From contig CAVXGR010000012.1 of NCBI GenBank assembly GCA_963761335.1, positions 704,001 to 768,000 of the forward strand: a stretch of DNA of 64,000 nucleotides, given 5' to 3'. Positions 37,677 through 53,123 of this stretch are shown here, piece after piece (the stretch's first letter is position 1; each line of letters opens with the position of its first letter). The position numbers and the translations under genes are program-made. Under the pieces are notes generated by a model. The model made no database searches, was not told the DNA's origin, and saw only the letters and a list, made by a program, of their open reading frames with translations. The DNA comes from an uncultured delta proteobacterium (GTDB lineage: Bacteria > Desulfobacterota > Binatia > HRBIN30 > BPIQ01).

Positions 37677-38646
37677 AGCTGACGAAGATGTCCTCCAGGG
37701 TCGGGTAGACCGAGTGGATGGTGAGCACCTCGATGTTCGCCGCCAGCAACCGCTTGCGCAGCACGTCCATGACCATGGCGCGCCGCGCCGCGACCGAGAA
37801 CGAGGTGAAGGAATCGCCTTCGGGCTCCTCCGGAGGCAGGTCCTTCAGGCGCACGTGGAGCGCCTGTCCGAAGACGCTGACGTCGTCGACGAATGGCGCG
37901 TCGCGCAGCACGGCGAGCGCCGGCATCAGCGGCTGACAGATGATCTCCATCCGCCGGTGCGTGGTGGCGATCTCGTCGCGCTTCATCGAGTTCGGATCGC
38001 CGCTCACCAGCAGGGTACCGAAATAGATGTAGGCCGCCAGCGTGCAGCGCTCCGCCTCGTCCATGTAGTGCGTGGTGACGAAGAGCGTCGTGCCCTCCTG
38101 GGCCAGGCGGAAGAGCAGGTCCCAGAGCAGCCGGCGAGCCACCGGGTCGACGCCCGCCGTGGGCTCGTCGAGAAAGAGAATCTTGGGCTGATGGATGAGG
38201 GCGCAGGCCAACGCCAGCCGCTGCTTGAGCCCTCCCGAGAGGCTGCCCGAGGCCTGCCCCTCGCGGCCCTCGAGGCCGCAGAGGCGCAGCAGGTCGCGCT
38301 TGCGACCCTCGGCCTCCGCTTCCGGCACCCGGTAGACGTCGCCGAAGAAATTGAGGTTCTCGCGCACGGAGAGGTCCGGATAGAGGCTGAAGCGCTGTGA
38401 CACGTAGCCGATGCTGCGCTTGATCTGCTCCGGCTCGCGCGACACGTCGTAGCCGCCGACCGTGGCGCGCCCCGAGGTCGGCGCCAGCAGCCCGCAGAGC
38501 ATGCGGATGAGCGTCGTCTTGCCCGAGCCGTTCGGCCCGAGCAGGCCGAAGATCTCGCCGTTCGGCACGGTCAGCGTCAGGTCCTTCACGGCTTCGCGGT
38601 CGCCGAAGCGTTTGCTGAGGTGCTCGATGACAATGGCGTCGGCCAT
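37633..38646 (-). CDS. ABC transporter ATP-binding protein
   Basis: GPNGSGKTT, LSGG, FLDEPTAGVDP, TTHYMDEAE. Confidence 0.94.
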   Translation of the reverse strand: MADAIVIEHLSKRFGDREAVKDLTLTVPNGEIFGLLGPNGSGKTTLIRMLCGLLAPTSGRATVGGYDVSREPEQIKRSIGYVSQRFSLYPDLSVRENLNFFGDVYRVPEAEAEGRKRDLLRLCGLEGREGQASGSLSGGLKQRLALACALIHQPKILFLDEPTAGVDPVARRLLWDLLFRLAQEGTTLFVTTHYMDEAERCTLAAYIYFGTLLVSGDPNSMKRDEIATTHRRMEIICQPLMPALAVLRDAPFVDDVSVFGQALHVRLKDLPPEEPEGDSFTSFSVAARRAMVMDVLRKRLLAANIEVLTIHSVYPTLEDIFVSFTRQMDLKAEAEAR

Positions 38647-38785
38647 TTTTTCTCCTAACGACTCACTGTCTCAAAAGGCGCGCGATGACAGAAGAGAGTT
38701 GCGACGGGGCCGCTTATACACAGCCCCCGCCCCGCTGCCAAGCAGGGTGCTCGGCAGTTACCTCCTGCCCGCCTCGCGCAAGGGT

Positions 38786-38908
38786 CTCCTCTCCCCGCAT
38801 CTTTTCGCGGGGAGAGGATCAAGGCGAGGGGTTCCTTCATCACTGAGAGTTCACGACTTCTGCGGCGTCACCCTGCCCCTCTGCCGCGAAACGATGCGGG
38901 AGAGGGAA
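38786..38908 (-). repeat. CCCTCTCCC hairpin repeat, reverse copy of the cargo at 9423, 54430 and 59130
   Basis: CTCCTCTCCCCGCATCTTTTCGCGGGGAGAGGATCAAGGCGAGGGG...GCGGGAGAGGGAA. Confidence 0.75.
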
Positions 38909-39050
38909 CCCGGGCCCGCAGCGGCGTGAAGTCGAGGGGCAGTCATCGTCAATGGGGCGCATCCCGCAAAATAGGACAGCACTGCTCGGTGCCAGTTGAT
39001 TCCGGGGCGCTCCCATCCTCCGGGGGTAGCGGGGGCGACGCCGCCGCAGC

Positions 39051-40025
39051 CTACGGCGCCACCACGATCTTGCCGTAGCTCTGCCGCGAGCCGAGCGCCT
39101 CGAGAGCGCTCGGAAGTTGCTCCAGGGGAAAGGTCTTGAAGATCACCGGGCGGATGGCGCCCTGGTCGTAGAGAGCGAAGAGGGCGGCGAAGGTCTCCTG
39201 AATGCGCTGCGGCTCGTTGACGGCATAGGCCCCCCAGTGGAGCCCGATCACCGAAATGTTCTTGAGCAGGATGCGGTTCGCCTTCACCTCGGGAATGCGC
39301 CCGCTGGCGAAGCCGATCACCAGCAGGCGTCCAGACCAGGCGATGCACTTGAGCGATCCGTCGAAGACGTCGCCGCCAACCGAGTCGTAGATGACGTCGG
39401 CGCCGCGGCCGCCGGTAACCTCGCGCACGCGATCGACCCAGCTCTCAGCGCGGTAGTCGATGAGCTCGTCGGCGCCGGCACGGCGCGCCACCGCGAGCTT
39501 GTCGGGGCCACCCGCGGTGGCGATGACCCGGGCACCCAGGGCCTTGCCGATCTGCACCGCGGCAATGCCGACGCCTCCGGCGGCAGCGTGCACCAGCAGC
39601 GTCTCCCCGGGGCGGAGGCCGGCGCGGTAGACCAGGGCCGCGTGCGAGGTGGGATAGACGATGGGGAATCCCGCCGCCTCCTCGAACGACATCGCCGCCG
39701 GCATCTTCCAGGCGCTGCGCGCCGGCACCACAGCGCGCTCGGCGAATCCGCCGGTCGAAACCGAGGCGAGGACGCGGTCGCCGACGCGGAATCCGGAGAC
39801 GCCGACTCCCACCTCGCGGACCGTCCCCGCCAGCTCGCCCCCCGGAATGAAGGGCAGCGGCGGCTTGACCTGGTAACGCCCCTGCACCAGCAGGATGTCG
39901 AAGAAGTTGCAGCCCGCGGCGCGCACCTCGACGCCCAGGGTTCCAGCCGAGACCTGCGGGTCCGCAGCCTCGCGGACCTGCAGCTCGCGCGGCTCCATGA
40001 GGCGATCGACGACGATGGCTCGCAT
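39051..40025 (-). CDS. NADPH:quinone oxidoreductase (zeta-crystallin/MDR family)
   Basis: GRYQVKPPLPFIPGGE, HAAAGGVG, YDSVGG, IGFASG, LLKN. Confidence 0.93.
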   Translation of the reverse strand: MRAIVVDRLMEPRELQVREAADPQVSAGTLGVEVRAAGCNFFDILLVQGRYQVKPPLPFIPGGELAGTVREVGVGVSGFRVGDRVLASVSTGGFAERAVVPARSAWKMPAAMSFEEAAGFPIVYPTSHAALVYRAGLRPGETLLVHAAAGGVGIAAVQIGKALGARVIATAGGPDKLAVARRAGADELIDYRAESWVDRVREVTGGRGADVIYDSVGGDVFDGSLKCIAWSGRLLVIGFASGRIPEVKANRILLKNISVIGLHWGAYAVNEPQRIQETFAALFALYDQGAIRPVIFKTFPLEQLPSALEALGSRQSYGKIVVAP

Positions 40026-40031
40026 CGGGGC

Positions 40032-41327
40032 TCACCCCACGTAGCGATCGATCGACTCGCGCAGGGTGCGCAACGTCCAGGCACGCTTGGCGTCGTCGGA
40101 CTCGAGGAGGGTGATGCGAAACCCGTGATGCTCGCTCTGGAAGCCAGTGAGCGGCACGACGACGATGCCGGTGGCGCCCATCAGGTAATAGACGAAGCGC
40201 TTGTCGGGCGCCACGCCGTGCACCATCTGCTCGATGCGCTCGCGCACGGCGCGATTGTCGATGGGCAGGCTCTGGCGATCATCGAGGGCTCCGTCCTTGA
40301 ACATCACGGTGAAGTAGAAGGCGCCACCCGGCTTGTTGGCGACGATGCTGTCGCACCCCGCGAAGGCCGCCATGGCCTCGTCGGCGCGGCGATTGAAGAG
40401 GAGCTCCCGGCGGCGCAGGTGCTCGGCGTATCGCGGATCCCCCATGACTCTCGGGATCGACATCTGCGGCAGCGTCGTGCTCGAGACCTCCAGGCGCTTG
40501 GCGGCCAGGAGGCTGGCACAGTAGCGGGAGAAGTTCTCATCGCGGTTGCGATTGAGCACCTCGATCCAGCCGCACCGGGAGCCCGGCCACGGGTACTCCT
40601 TGCTGATGCCGCGCATGGCGATCGCCGGCACGTCGCCGACCCACTCGCTGGCGTGCATGCGCGCCCCGTCGTAGACGATGTGGGCGTAGATCTCGTCAGT
40701 AATGATGAAGCAGTCGTACTGGCGGGCGATCTCGGCGATCTCCTCGAGCAGTGCGCGCGGGTAGACCGCTCCCGTGGGGTTGTCCGGAGTGAGCAGCAAG
40801 ATTCCCGCGATCGAGTCGTTGTACTTCACCTTCATGCGGATATCGTCGACGTCCGGCATCCAACCGTTGTAGGGGTCGAGATCGTAGGTGAGATGGCGGT
40901 AGCCGCTGCTGGCCGACTCGGCCGAGCTGTGGGTGCTGTAGGCAGGGGACGGGCCGAGCACGCGCGCCTCGCGGCGCAGCTGGCCATAGACCTTGGAGAC
41001 GGCGTCGCCGAGGCCGTTGAAGAAGAGGATGTCGGACGGGGAGATGTGCACGCCGCCGGGGCGCTCGTTGACCTTGGCGGCCAGGAACTCGCGCGTGGCG
41101 GGGACCCCCTCGGTGTCGCAGTACGCCCACGAGCGCGGCTCGTCGACCAGCTCACAGACGATCTGGCGAATCCAGTCCGGCGGGGTCTCGCCCTTCTGGA
41201 CCGGATCGCCGATGTTCTCCCAGGTCATCTCGACCCCGAGGTCGCCGAGCTGCCGCCCCACGGCGACGATCTCGCGAATCTCGTACGTCAGATTCCCCGC
41301 TCCCACGTGCACGATGTCGCGTCGCAT
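40032..41327 (-). CDS. PLP-dependent aminotransferase, class I/II
   Basis: NIGDP, PDNPTG, TDEIY, GISKEYPWPGSRCGW. Confidence 0.9.
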   Translation of the reverse strand: MRRDIVHVGAGNLTYEIREIVAVGRQLGDLGVEMTWENIGDPVQKGETPPDWIRQIVCELVDEPRSWAYCDTEGVPATREFLAAKVNERPGGVHISPSDILFFNGLGDAVSKVYGQLRREARVLGPSPAYSTHSSAESASSGYRHLTYDLDPYNGWMPDVDDIRMKVKYNDSIAGILLLTPDNPTGAVYPRALLEEIAEIARQYDCFIITDEIYAHIVYDGARMHASEWVGDVPAIAMRGISKEYPWPGSRCGWIEVLNRNRDENFSRYCASLLAAKRLEVSSTTLPQMSIPRVMGDPRYAEHLRRRELLFNRRADEAMAAFAGCDSIVANKPGGAFYFTVMFKDGALDDRQSLPIDNRAVRERIEQMVHGVAPDKRFVYYLMGATGIVVVPLTGFQSEHHGFRITLLESDDAKRAWTLRTLRESIDRYVG

Positions 41328-41796
41328 GATCCGATCTTCCCTAGCCGTTCTCCGCCCGCGTTGGTAGAGGGGGCGGCCCCGCCGATCACCCCACGTCGGT
41401 CGGCGGCAAATGGCGGTTGGCCCCGAGACGCACGAGCCGAAACTGGGAAAACCCCTCGACGATTAGGGGAAATCCCCAACTACACCGAGGCGGCCGCGCC
41501 TGCTAGCTTGCCATTTCGATGACCGTACAAAAAATGGCTCAGCAGAGAGTGACGCCGCCCGACTTCGGGGGGACGCAGGCGCAAACAACCGGCAGCAGAG
41601 CGGCAGCCGAAAGGTCCTCCCCGGACGGGGCGCCGCCGCCGCTTCTCGATGGCATGCCGCTCGACGGCTATCCGTTGATCCGCAGCCTGCTGCGCGAGCT
41701 GAAGGAGATGGAGAGCGCCGCACAGGAAAACCCGGATGGTTCCGGCGGGCGTCCTGCCCCGGCGCTTGCGCGGGTGCCGCTCAGGGGAGAGAAGAG

Positions 41797-41869
41797 AGGC
41801 GGCGAGCGGATTCGAACCGCTGAATGGAGGTTTTGCAGACCTCTCCCTTAACCACTTGGGTACGCCGCC
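41797..41869 (-). tRNA. tRNA-Cys (GCA)
   Basis: GGCGGCGTACCCAAGTGGTTAAGGGAGAGGTCTGCAAAACCTC...GGTTCGAATCC...CGCCGCCT. Confidence 0.94.
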
Positions 41870-42002
41870 GTGCCCGTCTCAGCTAACACACGCTCCCACG
41901 CCGATCAACGCCGCCGAAGGCAGCGCCTGAGGCTGGGGCGCACCCGATTCGAAAGACTCTCCTCTGCGGTTCTGCAATCTGCGCTCGGCGAGCGCCGCCG
42001 AA

Positions 42003-42227
42003 TCATTCCGGGGCGCGGCCGCGGCGGGAGCCTTTGCCTCCCTCGAAGCGATCGAGCCCTTCATTGAGCAGCGCCACGACCACCTCGGCCTTGCCGCTGC
42101 CCAGCCGCCGCACCAGCTCGTCGACCCGCTCGATCAACTGCACCGGCAAGCGCACCGATAGAAGCTTCAGGGAGCCCTGGCGACCGCGATTTGCGAGGTC
42201 GGTCAAACGCAGATTCTTTGCAACCAT
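42003..42227 (-). CDS. Small ribbon-helix-helix (CopG-like) DNA-binding protein
   Basis: LSVRLPVQLIERVDELVRRLGSGKAEVVVALL strand-helix-helix pattern. Confidence 0.6.
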   Translation of the reverse strand: MVAKNLRLTDLANRGRQGSLKLLSVRLPVQLIERVDELVRRLGSGKAEVVVALLNEGLDRFEGGKGSRRGRAPE

Positions 42228-42502
42228 CCTATCTTCCTACCCCCGGGGATATTTGTTGCCGCTTCGGTGTCAAAAGTTAGCAAAGCAGCCCTGAAACGCA
42301 AGCCGCTAGCTCCGACGTGTCGTCCCCGCTTGACGTTTCGTCCCACTCCGCCGCTAGTCCGTTTAAAAACAGGGCGGCTGTTCTTCAACGGGCTGCCAGG
42401 ACGTCGACGGACGGCAGAGAGAATCACGTTGCTTTCGCCCCCATGCGCATATAGCGTCGCGTCTCCCGGAGCGGGAGACGCCAACGAAAGGAGAACGGCG
42501 CA

Positions 42503-42802
42503 ATGATCACGGTGGTGGCGAAGTTGAAGTTTCAGGCGGGCAAGGAGAGCGAGGCGGAGAAAGCGCTGCGCGACATGATCGACTACGTCCGCAAGTCGGA
42601 GCCGGGGACGCTCAGCTACGCGCTCAATCGCAGCCGGCGCAACCCGGCCGAGCTGTTGATGGTGGAGCGCTACGCCGACAAGAGCGCCCTCGACACGCAC
42701 AGCGGCAGCGAACGCATGCAGGCGCTCTTCGCCACCATCGGCCCGCTCCTCGATGGCCAGCCGTCGATCGAGATGTACGAGGAGCTCGACGGCAAGCACT
42801 GA
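42503..42802 (+). CDS. ABM-family (putative quinol) monooxygenase
   Basis: RBS AAGGAG; MITVVAKL, EPGTLSY, ERYADKSALDTH. Confidence 0.88.
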   Translation: MITVVAKLKFQAGKESEAEKALRDMIDYVRKSEPGTLSYALNRSRRNPAELLMVERYADKSALDTHSGSERMQALFATIGPLLDGQPSIEMYEELDGKH

Positions 42803-42820
42803 GCGGCAGCGCGGCACGTT

Positions 42821-43498
42821 CTAGCTCGAGGAGCCGGCCGTCCCCGATACGATCCGCCGCGCCCGCGCCTCCAGCTCCTCGGCCTCCGCATCGCGACCGG
42901 TGTCGCGCAGAAGCGCGGCGCAGTTCTGCAGCGTACGTCTCAGATCCGCCGCGGCGCCAGGATCCTTCTCGAGAATGGCGATGGCGCGGCGGTAGAGTGG
43001 CTCGGCGGCGTCCGCCCTGCCCTCCGCCGCATAGAGGAGCGCCAGGTTGTTCAGGCTCTGAGCCGTCAGCACGTGCTCGGCACCCAGCGTCTTCTCGCGG
43101 ATCGCCAGGGCGCGCTCGAGCAACGGCTGCGCCTCCGCATAGCTCCCCTGGGCGCCGTACACGGCGGCCAGGTTGTTCAAGGTGGCGGCGACGTCGGGGT
43201 GCTCGGGACCCTCCTCGCGCTCGCGGATGGCGAGTGCCTGTCGATAGAGATCGGCGGCACCAGTCAGGTCTCCCGCGGCGCGGCGGCGAATACCCTCCCG
43301 GTACAGAGCGTCAGCCCGTTCGAGAGCCCCCCGCCCCTCTTTGGTGGGCGTGCCGGCGGCTTGCGGAGAGACGCCGACGGTATGCGCCTGCTCTCTCCAG
43401 GTGATCGCCGGACGGCCGGTGTCGTCCTCGCCCCACCGCGGCCGCGCCGCACAGCCGCCGAGCAGAAGGGCCGCGGTGACCACGAGCCAGGGGCGCAT
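42821..43498 (-). CDS. Tetratricopeptide repeat lipoprotein
   Basis: Lipobox LGGC; HPDVAATLNNLA, AQSLNNLA TPR units. Confidence 0.88.
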   Translation of the reverse strand: MRPWLVVTAALLLGGCAARPRWGEDDTGRPAITWREQAHTVGVSPQAAGTPTKEGRGALERADALYREGIRRRAAGDLTGAADLYRQALAIREREEGPEHPDVAATLNNLAAVYGAQGSYAEAQPLLERALAIREKTLGAEHVLTAQSLNNLALLYAAEGRADAAEPLYRRAIAILEKDPGAAADLRRTLQNCAALLRDTGRDAEAEELEARARRIVSGTAGSSS

Positions 43499-43540
43499 CG
43501 CTCCGACTATAGCAGCGGCCGGCGAGCAGGTGAACCGCAG

Positions 43541-43957
43541 CTAGCCCGCATTTCTCACCGGCTTTCTGCTGCGACCGCCGATAGGCCCACATCTCAAGGC
43601 CGTACTCCCTCCGGCCTCCTCGACATAGTGCATCGCCCAGCAGACGATGCAGCCGACCTGCAGCGGCGGCAGCGCCGTGCGGGGGGAGTTCGGATCGATC
43701 CCGGCGGCCGCCGCGGAGGTGAAGCGCCGCCGCCACCACAGCGAGAACCCCCCGATTCCGAGCGCCATCGCCGCAAACGCCGGCGCCAACAGCCCCGCCG
43801 CAGGCATGGCCACTCGGCCGCGGGCGATCACCGGAACCAGCGCCCCATAGAGCACCACGGTGGCGAGGAAGGCCGCCCAGATCAGCCGCATCGCCGGCGG
43901 CAACTCCGGGGACAGCCCGGGCGCGTTGGGCTCGAGGGACGACGCGTCGCGATCCAT
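43541..43957 (-). pseudogene. Small membrane protein, possibly 3'-truncated
   Basis: Hydrophobic helices up to IVCWAM, then an abrupt hydrophilic tail with atypical codons. Confidence 0.4.
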
Positions 43958-44578
43958 GCGCCCACCCAGACGCAAGAAGAAGGCCAAGCACGGCGCACCC
44001 CACTGTCGGGGAATCGAGGCGAGCGCCCGGTCAGTCAGCGCGGCAAGGGTTCGATCGGTGCGTTCAGTTTCCGATCGCTGCCCCCGCCTCCGGTTCAGAG
44101 GCGAAGGCGAGCCGCCATCCAGCGAAGAATAATGCGGCAGACACGGCACAGCGCCGACCAAGCCGACGACGGGTAATAGCAGCCTCGTTGGTGCTGGCCG
44201 GCACGACCCCCGGCGAGGAGGCGGAGGTGCGACTTCATGTCCACGCATCTCTCTCCGCGTCGCCCCCGAGCTCAAAACCTGCTCCGCCTCGACGCTCTGC
44301 ACCCATAGCCGCGCCTGCTTCCCATGCGGCAGAACCGCGTCGATCGTCGCTCCCTGGAGCCGGACCAGGCGCGGAGGATCACTGGCGTCGGTGTGGATCT
44401 TCGTCCACGAAATCGGCGCAAGAACCAGCGGCACCGAACTGTCGAAAGCGGGAAAGTCTCCACCCCCAGTAACGGTGAAAGGTCGCGGTGGATCGCTACC
44501 TCGAGGGGGGCCTCGCGTTGCCCGGCAGGCGCGAGGCCGAAGGCGCGCCAGCAAGAATCGGCGGCATCCAGAGAGCAA

Positions 44579-49081
<4,503 letters not shown>

Positions 49082-49083
49082 CT

Positions 49084-49753
49084 CCGTACTGGCTACTTCG
49101 GCGATCCGCCCCTGAATTCCGGGAAAATCGGAGGAATCTCGCTCCTCCACTCACGCCGAGCTGGCGCGACGCGCTCCTCCTGATCAAGCCAGAGACCATT
49201 CTCCGGTGGCATCGACGGGGCTTCGCGCTGCTCTGGCACCGGCGATCAAAGCGGGGCCGTGCTTGTCTGTCACGTATCTCCGGCGACACGATCGCACTGA
49301 TCATGTCCCCCGGGGACGGGGAACACCGTGCCGGTTCAAGTGCTTCAGGATCGGACGCTTGCTGACGCGGATGCCTGATCCGCGACAACGACGCCAAGTT
49401 CGGCAGTGGATTCGACGCGCTGGCGCGCGCTACGGGGATCCAGATCCTGCGAACGCCGGTGCGTACGCCGAACGCCAATGCCATTCGTGAGCGCTTCCTG
49501 CGCAGCGTGCGTGCCGAGTGCCTCGACCACCTGATCATCTTGGGCGAGCGGTCACTCGCCTCGATCCTTCGGCGCTATTGCGGCTACTTCAACAGCGCAC
49601 GACCGCACCAAGGTGTTGGACAGGAAGTGCCCGACGCGCAGAAGCCGTCCCGGGATTCCGGCGCTGTTGTGGTGGCGATCCCAGTTCTCGACGGTCTCCA
49701 CCACGAGTATCGGCGCGCCGCGTAGGTGCGGAGCAGCGAAGTAGCCAGTACGG
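49084..49753 (+). mobile_element. Internally deleted insertion sequence (rve/integrase-core DDE transposase remnant) with 17-bp perfect IR
   Basis: CCGTACTGGCTACTTCG / CGAAGTAGCCAGTACGG; fragments KPETILRWHR and LIRDNDAKF...PNANAIRERFLRSVRAECLDH...RPHQG...GLHHEYRRAA. Confidence 0.85.
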
Positions 49754-49763
49754 GGAAAAAAGG

Positions 49764-49792
49764 AAAAGCCCCTGATTTCTCAAGGGCTTTTT
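49764..49792 (-). terminator. Probable terminator downstream of the tRNA-Ser/tRNA-Arg pair
   Basis: AAAAGCCCCTGA-TTTC-TCAAGGGCTTTT hairpin with A/T runs on both sides. Confidence 0.65.
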
Positions 49793-49794
49793 AG

Positions 49795-49868
49795 TGCGCC
49801 CAGCATGATTCGAACATGCGACCTTCTGATTCGTAGTCAGACGCTCTATCCAACTGAGCTATGGGCGC
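49795..49868 (-). tRNA. tRNA-Arg (ACG)
   Basis: GCGCCCATAGCTCAGTTGGATAGAGCGTCTGACTACGAATCAGA...GTTCGAATC...GGGCGCA. Confidence 0.95.
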
Positions 49869-49967
49869 GCAGGTTTTGAGGGCCGCCGTATGTACGTGGC
49901 GACCTCTCGGACTTGCCGAGATAACGGACTCGGTGCCCCGAGTCAACTGGCTGCGCGACGGAGACAA

Positions 49968-50057
49968 CGGAGAGGGAGGGATTCGAACCCTCGGTGGAGT
50001 TTTAAGCCCCACACACGCTTAGCAGGCGTGCGCCTTCGACCACTCGGCCACCTCTCC
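49968..50057 (-). tRNA. tRNA-Ser (GCT)
   Basis: GGAGAGGTGGCCGAGTGGTCGAAGGC...CTGCTAA, long variable arm, GGTTCGAATCC...CCTCTCCG. Confidence 0.95.
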
Positions 50058-50132
50058 AAGCCCGAAAAGTCCAGCCGTTTCCTTACGCGGTCGGGGCGAG
50101 ACTTGCAACCGACGCGGCGGGCGGCGCGCCGC

Positions 50133-53123
50133 TCAGAAGTCGTTGCGATCGACGACGTCGATGACGAGCCGGGTGACATCGTTCGACGGGTCGATGTCGC
50201 CCCCGGGGCCGGCGGCCGTCAGCGTGGCGGTGCAGCGCCCCGGCGATTTGCGCCTCGCGGTGGTGAAGTCGGCGGCATTCACGGTGATCTTCAGCTTGCC
50301 AGTGCGGCGTGACGCCGTCGGCACGCCGACGCTGTTCTGCGACCCGGCCGTCTTCGAATCGAAGTCCACCGTGCCCACGGTGCCCGCCGGGCAGTCTCCG
50401 TCCGAGGCAGTGACCGTGATCGCATGGCCGGCGGCATCGAACAGGTCGCCGTTGGTCACCTTGATCGGAACCGTCTTGGTCACCGATGCCCGGTTGCGGC
50501 CGATGGTGATCCGCTTCGGCTTGGCGCTCTCGATCACCGACTGATAGACGGCCGTCTGCGGGCTGTCGTTTCGGTCGATGACGTTCACCTCCAGCTCCAG
50601 CGCGTCGTTCTGCGGGCGGGGGTCGACGTTCGGCTGCACGGCGGCAACCGTCTGCACCGCCAGGCGACAGCGGACCGGCGACCGGCGCGAGGTGCTGTCG
50701 AAGCGGTAATGCGGGAACATCAGCTTCACCACGGCCCGCTTCGACCGCCCGGCGTCGATGTCCACCGTGTCCTGGTCGCCGGGCACGCGGTTGTCGAAGT
50801 CGGGGAGGCCGGCGACGGTCCCGGACGGACAGGTGCCGTCGGTGACCATCAGCCGCACGCCGAAGCTGCCGCTGGCGTTGCCGTTGGTGACCTTGACCTT
50901 CAGAGTCTTGAACACCGAGATGGTGCCCGCCGGGATGTTGATGTTGAGCGGCCGCGGCGGCACCACCACCGCATCGTTCGCCGTCGACGGCCCACCGGTG
51001 GGCGTCGAGGTGAGCACCGAGGTCGCCGTCGCCGTCTGCGTCGGGGTCGAGGTCTGGGTCGGGGTCGGGGTATTCGTCGGCGTCGGGGTGTCGGTCGGAG
51101 TCGGCGTCTGCGTCGGCGTCGAGGTGGGCGTGCGCGTGGGTGTCTGCGTGGGCGTCTGCGTCGGGGTCGACGTCTGCGTCCACGTCGGCGTCACCGTGAA
51201 GGTCGGCGTCTCGGTGGGGGTTCCGAACGGTGAGAGGGTGGCCGTAGGGCTCTCGGTGACGGTACCCGAAGCGGAAGGACTCGGTGTCGGGGTTGCCGTC
51301 GATGCCCCCCCGGTCGGCGTCGGCGACGGAGCCGGAGTGCAGGCGTAGGAAACCCGGACGTTGTTACAGCCGAGCACGACATCGCAGGAATCGACCGTGC
51401 ACGAGTTCCCGTCGTTGCAGTTCTCCAGCTGGCAGAACGCCGAGCAGCCATCGCAGCTCTGCGCCACGCCCACGTTGTTGTCGCAGGCCTCCGGATACTG
51501 CACGACGCCGTCGCCACAGGTCGGACAGGATTCGATACAGCCGCTCTGCCCGGGTCCGGTGCAACGGGTCATCGAGTTGTCGTCGGCCGCCGGCAACAGA
51601 GTGCCGACGACGGCCGGCTTGTCGACCGGGTGATAGAGCGAGTTCGTACCGTCGGTTCCGGTGGTGCCCGTCTGGCGGGCGTCGCTGGAGCCACTGTTGG
51701 TCAACTGCTCGCGCGCCGTCAGTGAGACGCTGCCGCCATCGGGACCACGGGCATTGATGCTGCCGCTGGCGTTGATCGTCAGCCCGCAGCCGGTCAGGTC
51801 GACGTTGCCGCCGGCGCCACAGCCGAGATAGTCGCTGCAGGCGCCGCCGCTGACGTCCATGAGGGCGCCGAGCACCAGGTTGCCCTGCCCGAGAGCTCCG
51901 GCTTCCATCGAGATGTCGCCGGCGAAACCTCCGTAGTTGCGGGCCCGGGCCGAGACCAGCTGGGTCATGCTGATGTCGCGCTGCGCGCAGACGTCGATGC
52001 CGCCACCGCCGCTACCGCCGCTGACGTCCACGATCCCCGACATGGTCACGCCCTGGTCGGCATCCAGGCTGATGCAGCCACCGCAGCCACAGTCGCCGTT
52101 GGAGCGCGCCGAGACCTTGGCGAGCACCTTGATGTTGCCGTTGGCGGTGAGAATCACCTCGCCGCCGCCGCCGTCGGGAGCGGCGCCCTCGACGAGGATG
52201 TTGTCGGAGAGGGTGAGGTCGCCGAAGCCCGACTCGAGGTCGGCCAGGCCGCCACAACCGCCGCCGGACTCCGACAGCGATCCCGAGCCGCTCATCTGCA
52301 CCGGGGAGAGAATGTCGACCGTGGTGCCGCCGTAGATACTGAGGGAGCCGCCGCTGCCGGCGTCTCCCGGACCGTTGGCGTTGAGGCCGTCAAGCTGCAC
52401 CGCACCGCCGGCGTTGATGTCGAGGTTGCCGCCACTGGCGCCGGAGACGTCGATGTTGCTGGCGAGGATGACGTCGCCGTTGGCATCGAACTCGATGTCC
52501 CCGCCGCCGTTGGAGCCGAGATCGACGCCACCGGTGGCGCTGATGACGGAGATCGAGAGGCTGGTGATATAGGTGCCGGCGGTGACCTGGATGGTGCCCC
52601 CCGAGCCGGTGGACGTCAGCTGGTCTGCGAAGAGCTTGCCGCCGAGCACCGCGGAGCCGGCGGCGTTGATCACGATGGTGCCACCTTCGCTCTTGCCGGA
52701 GACGTCGATCTTGCCGGCCGTCGTCGAGCTGCTGTTGTTCACCAGCACCGAGCCGCTGGCCTCGATGTCGATGAGGCCGCCGTGGTCATCCGGAGGGGTA
52801 GTGCCGCTTCCGAGCCCTTCGATGGTGCCGCCGTTGGTGAGCGTGATGTCGTGCCCCTTGAGCACCACCTGGCCGGAGTCGATTCGCAGCTTGCCGCCCG
52901 AGTGAATGGTGACGTCGCGCGTGCCGAAGTCGAGAACACAGCCGGAAGGCACGTCGAAGGTCTTCTTGATGGTGCAGAGCCCGGTGCTCGGGCAGTTCGA
53001 GTCCCCGGCGACGATGTCGGCGGCAGTGCAGGCCGTCAGCGCCAGCGCCGGACGCGCGCCGGCGACGGCGACGAGCCCCAGCGCCGCCAGCAGCAGTATC
53101 GACGGCCGGCTCACGGCGCGCAT
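50133..53123 (-). CDS. Large secreted Gly-rich beta-helix-like protein with Cys-rich (DUF4215-like) repeat, Pro/Thr linker and duplicated C-terminal domain
   Basis: Signal peptide; GG-x-I-x-I-x-A repeats; [13 protein letters not shown]...[10 protein letters not shown]; two KVTNG...DGxCPxGTV...DxxPxND units. Confidence 0.82.
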   Translation of the reverse strand: MRAVSRPSILLLAALGLVAVAGARPALALTACTAADIVAGDSNCPSTGLCTIKKTFDVPSGCVLDFGTRDVTIHSGGKLRIDSGQVVLKGHDITLTNGGTIEGLGSGTTPPDDHGGLIDIEASGSVLVNNSSSTTAGKIDVSGKSEGGTIVINAAGSAVLGGKLFADQLTSTGSGGTIQVTAGTYITSLSISVISATGGVDLGSNGGGDIEFDANGDVILASNIDVSGASGGNLDINAGGAVQLDGLNANGPGDAGSGGSLSIYGGTTVDILSPVQMSGSGSLSESGGGCGGLADLESGFGDLTLSDNILVEGAAPDGGGGEVILTANGNIKVLAKVSARSNGDCGCGGCISLDADQGVTMSGIVDVSGGSGGGGIDVCAQRDISMTQLVSARARNYGGFAGDISMEAGALGQGNLVLGALMDVSGGACSDYLGCGAGGNVDLTGCGLTINASGSINARGPDGGSVSLTAREQLTNSGSSDARQTGTTGTDGTNSLYHPVDKPAVVGTLLPAADDNSMTRCTGPGQSGCIESCPTCGDGVVQYPEACDNNVGVAQSCDGCSAFCQLENCNDGNSCTVDSCDVVLGCNNVRVSYACTPAPSPTPTGGASTATPTPSPSASGTVTESPTATLSPFGTPTETPTFTVTPTWTQTSTPTQTPTQTPTRTPTSTPTQTPTPTDTPTPTNTPTPTQTSTPTQTATATSVLTSTPTGGPSTANDAVVVPPRPLNINIPAGTISVFKTLKVKVTNGNASGSFGVRLMVTDGTCPSGTVAGLPDFDNRVPGDQDTVDIDAGRSKRAVVKLMFPHYRFDSTSRRSPVRCRLAVQTVAAVQPNVDPRPQNDALELEVNVIDRNDSPQTAVYQSVIESAKPKRITIGRNRASVTKTVPIKVTNGDLFDAAGHAITVTASDGDCPAGTVGTVDFDSKTAGSQNSVGVPTASRRTGKLKITVNAADFTTARRKSPGRCTATLTAAGPGGDIDPSNDVTRLVIDVVDRNDF

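Noticed and set aside
38746..38990. Full MITE call for the 38.8 kb (and 59.1 kb) hairpin copies
   Set aside because: Only one plausible IS-like end (AGGACAGCAC / AGGACAGTACC) and no exact TSD, so reported only as repeats.
41519..41851. 110-aa ORF next to tRNA-Cys
   Set aside because: Runs antisense into the tRNA and has no recognisable motif; a short real peptide cannot be excluded but is not supportable.
42228..42502. Riboswitch or ncRNA in the divergent intergenic region
   Set aside because: No recognisable conserved motif; an Rfam search would be needed.
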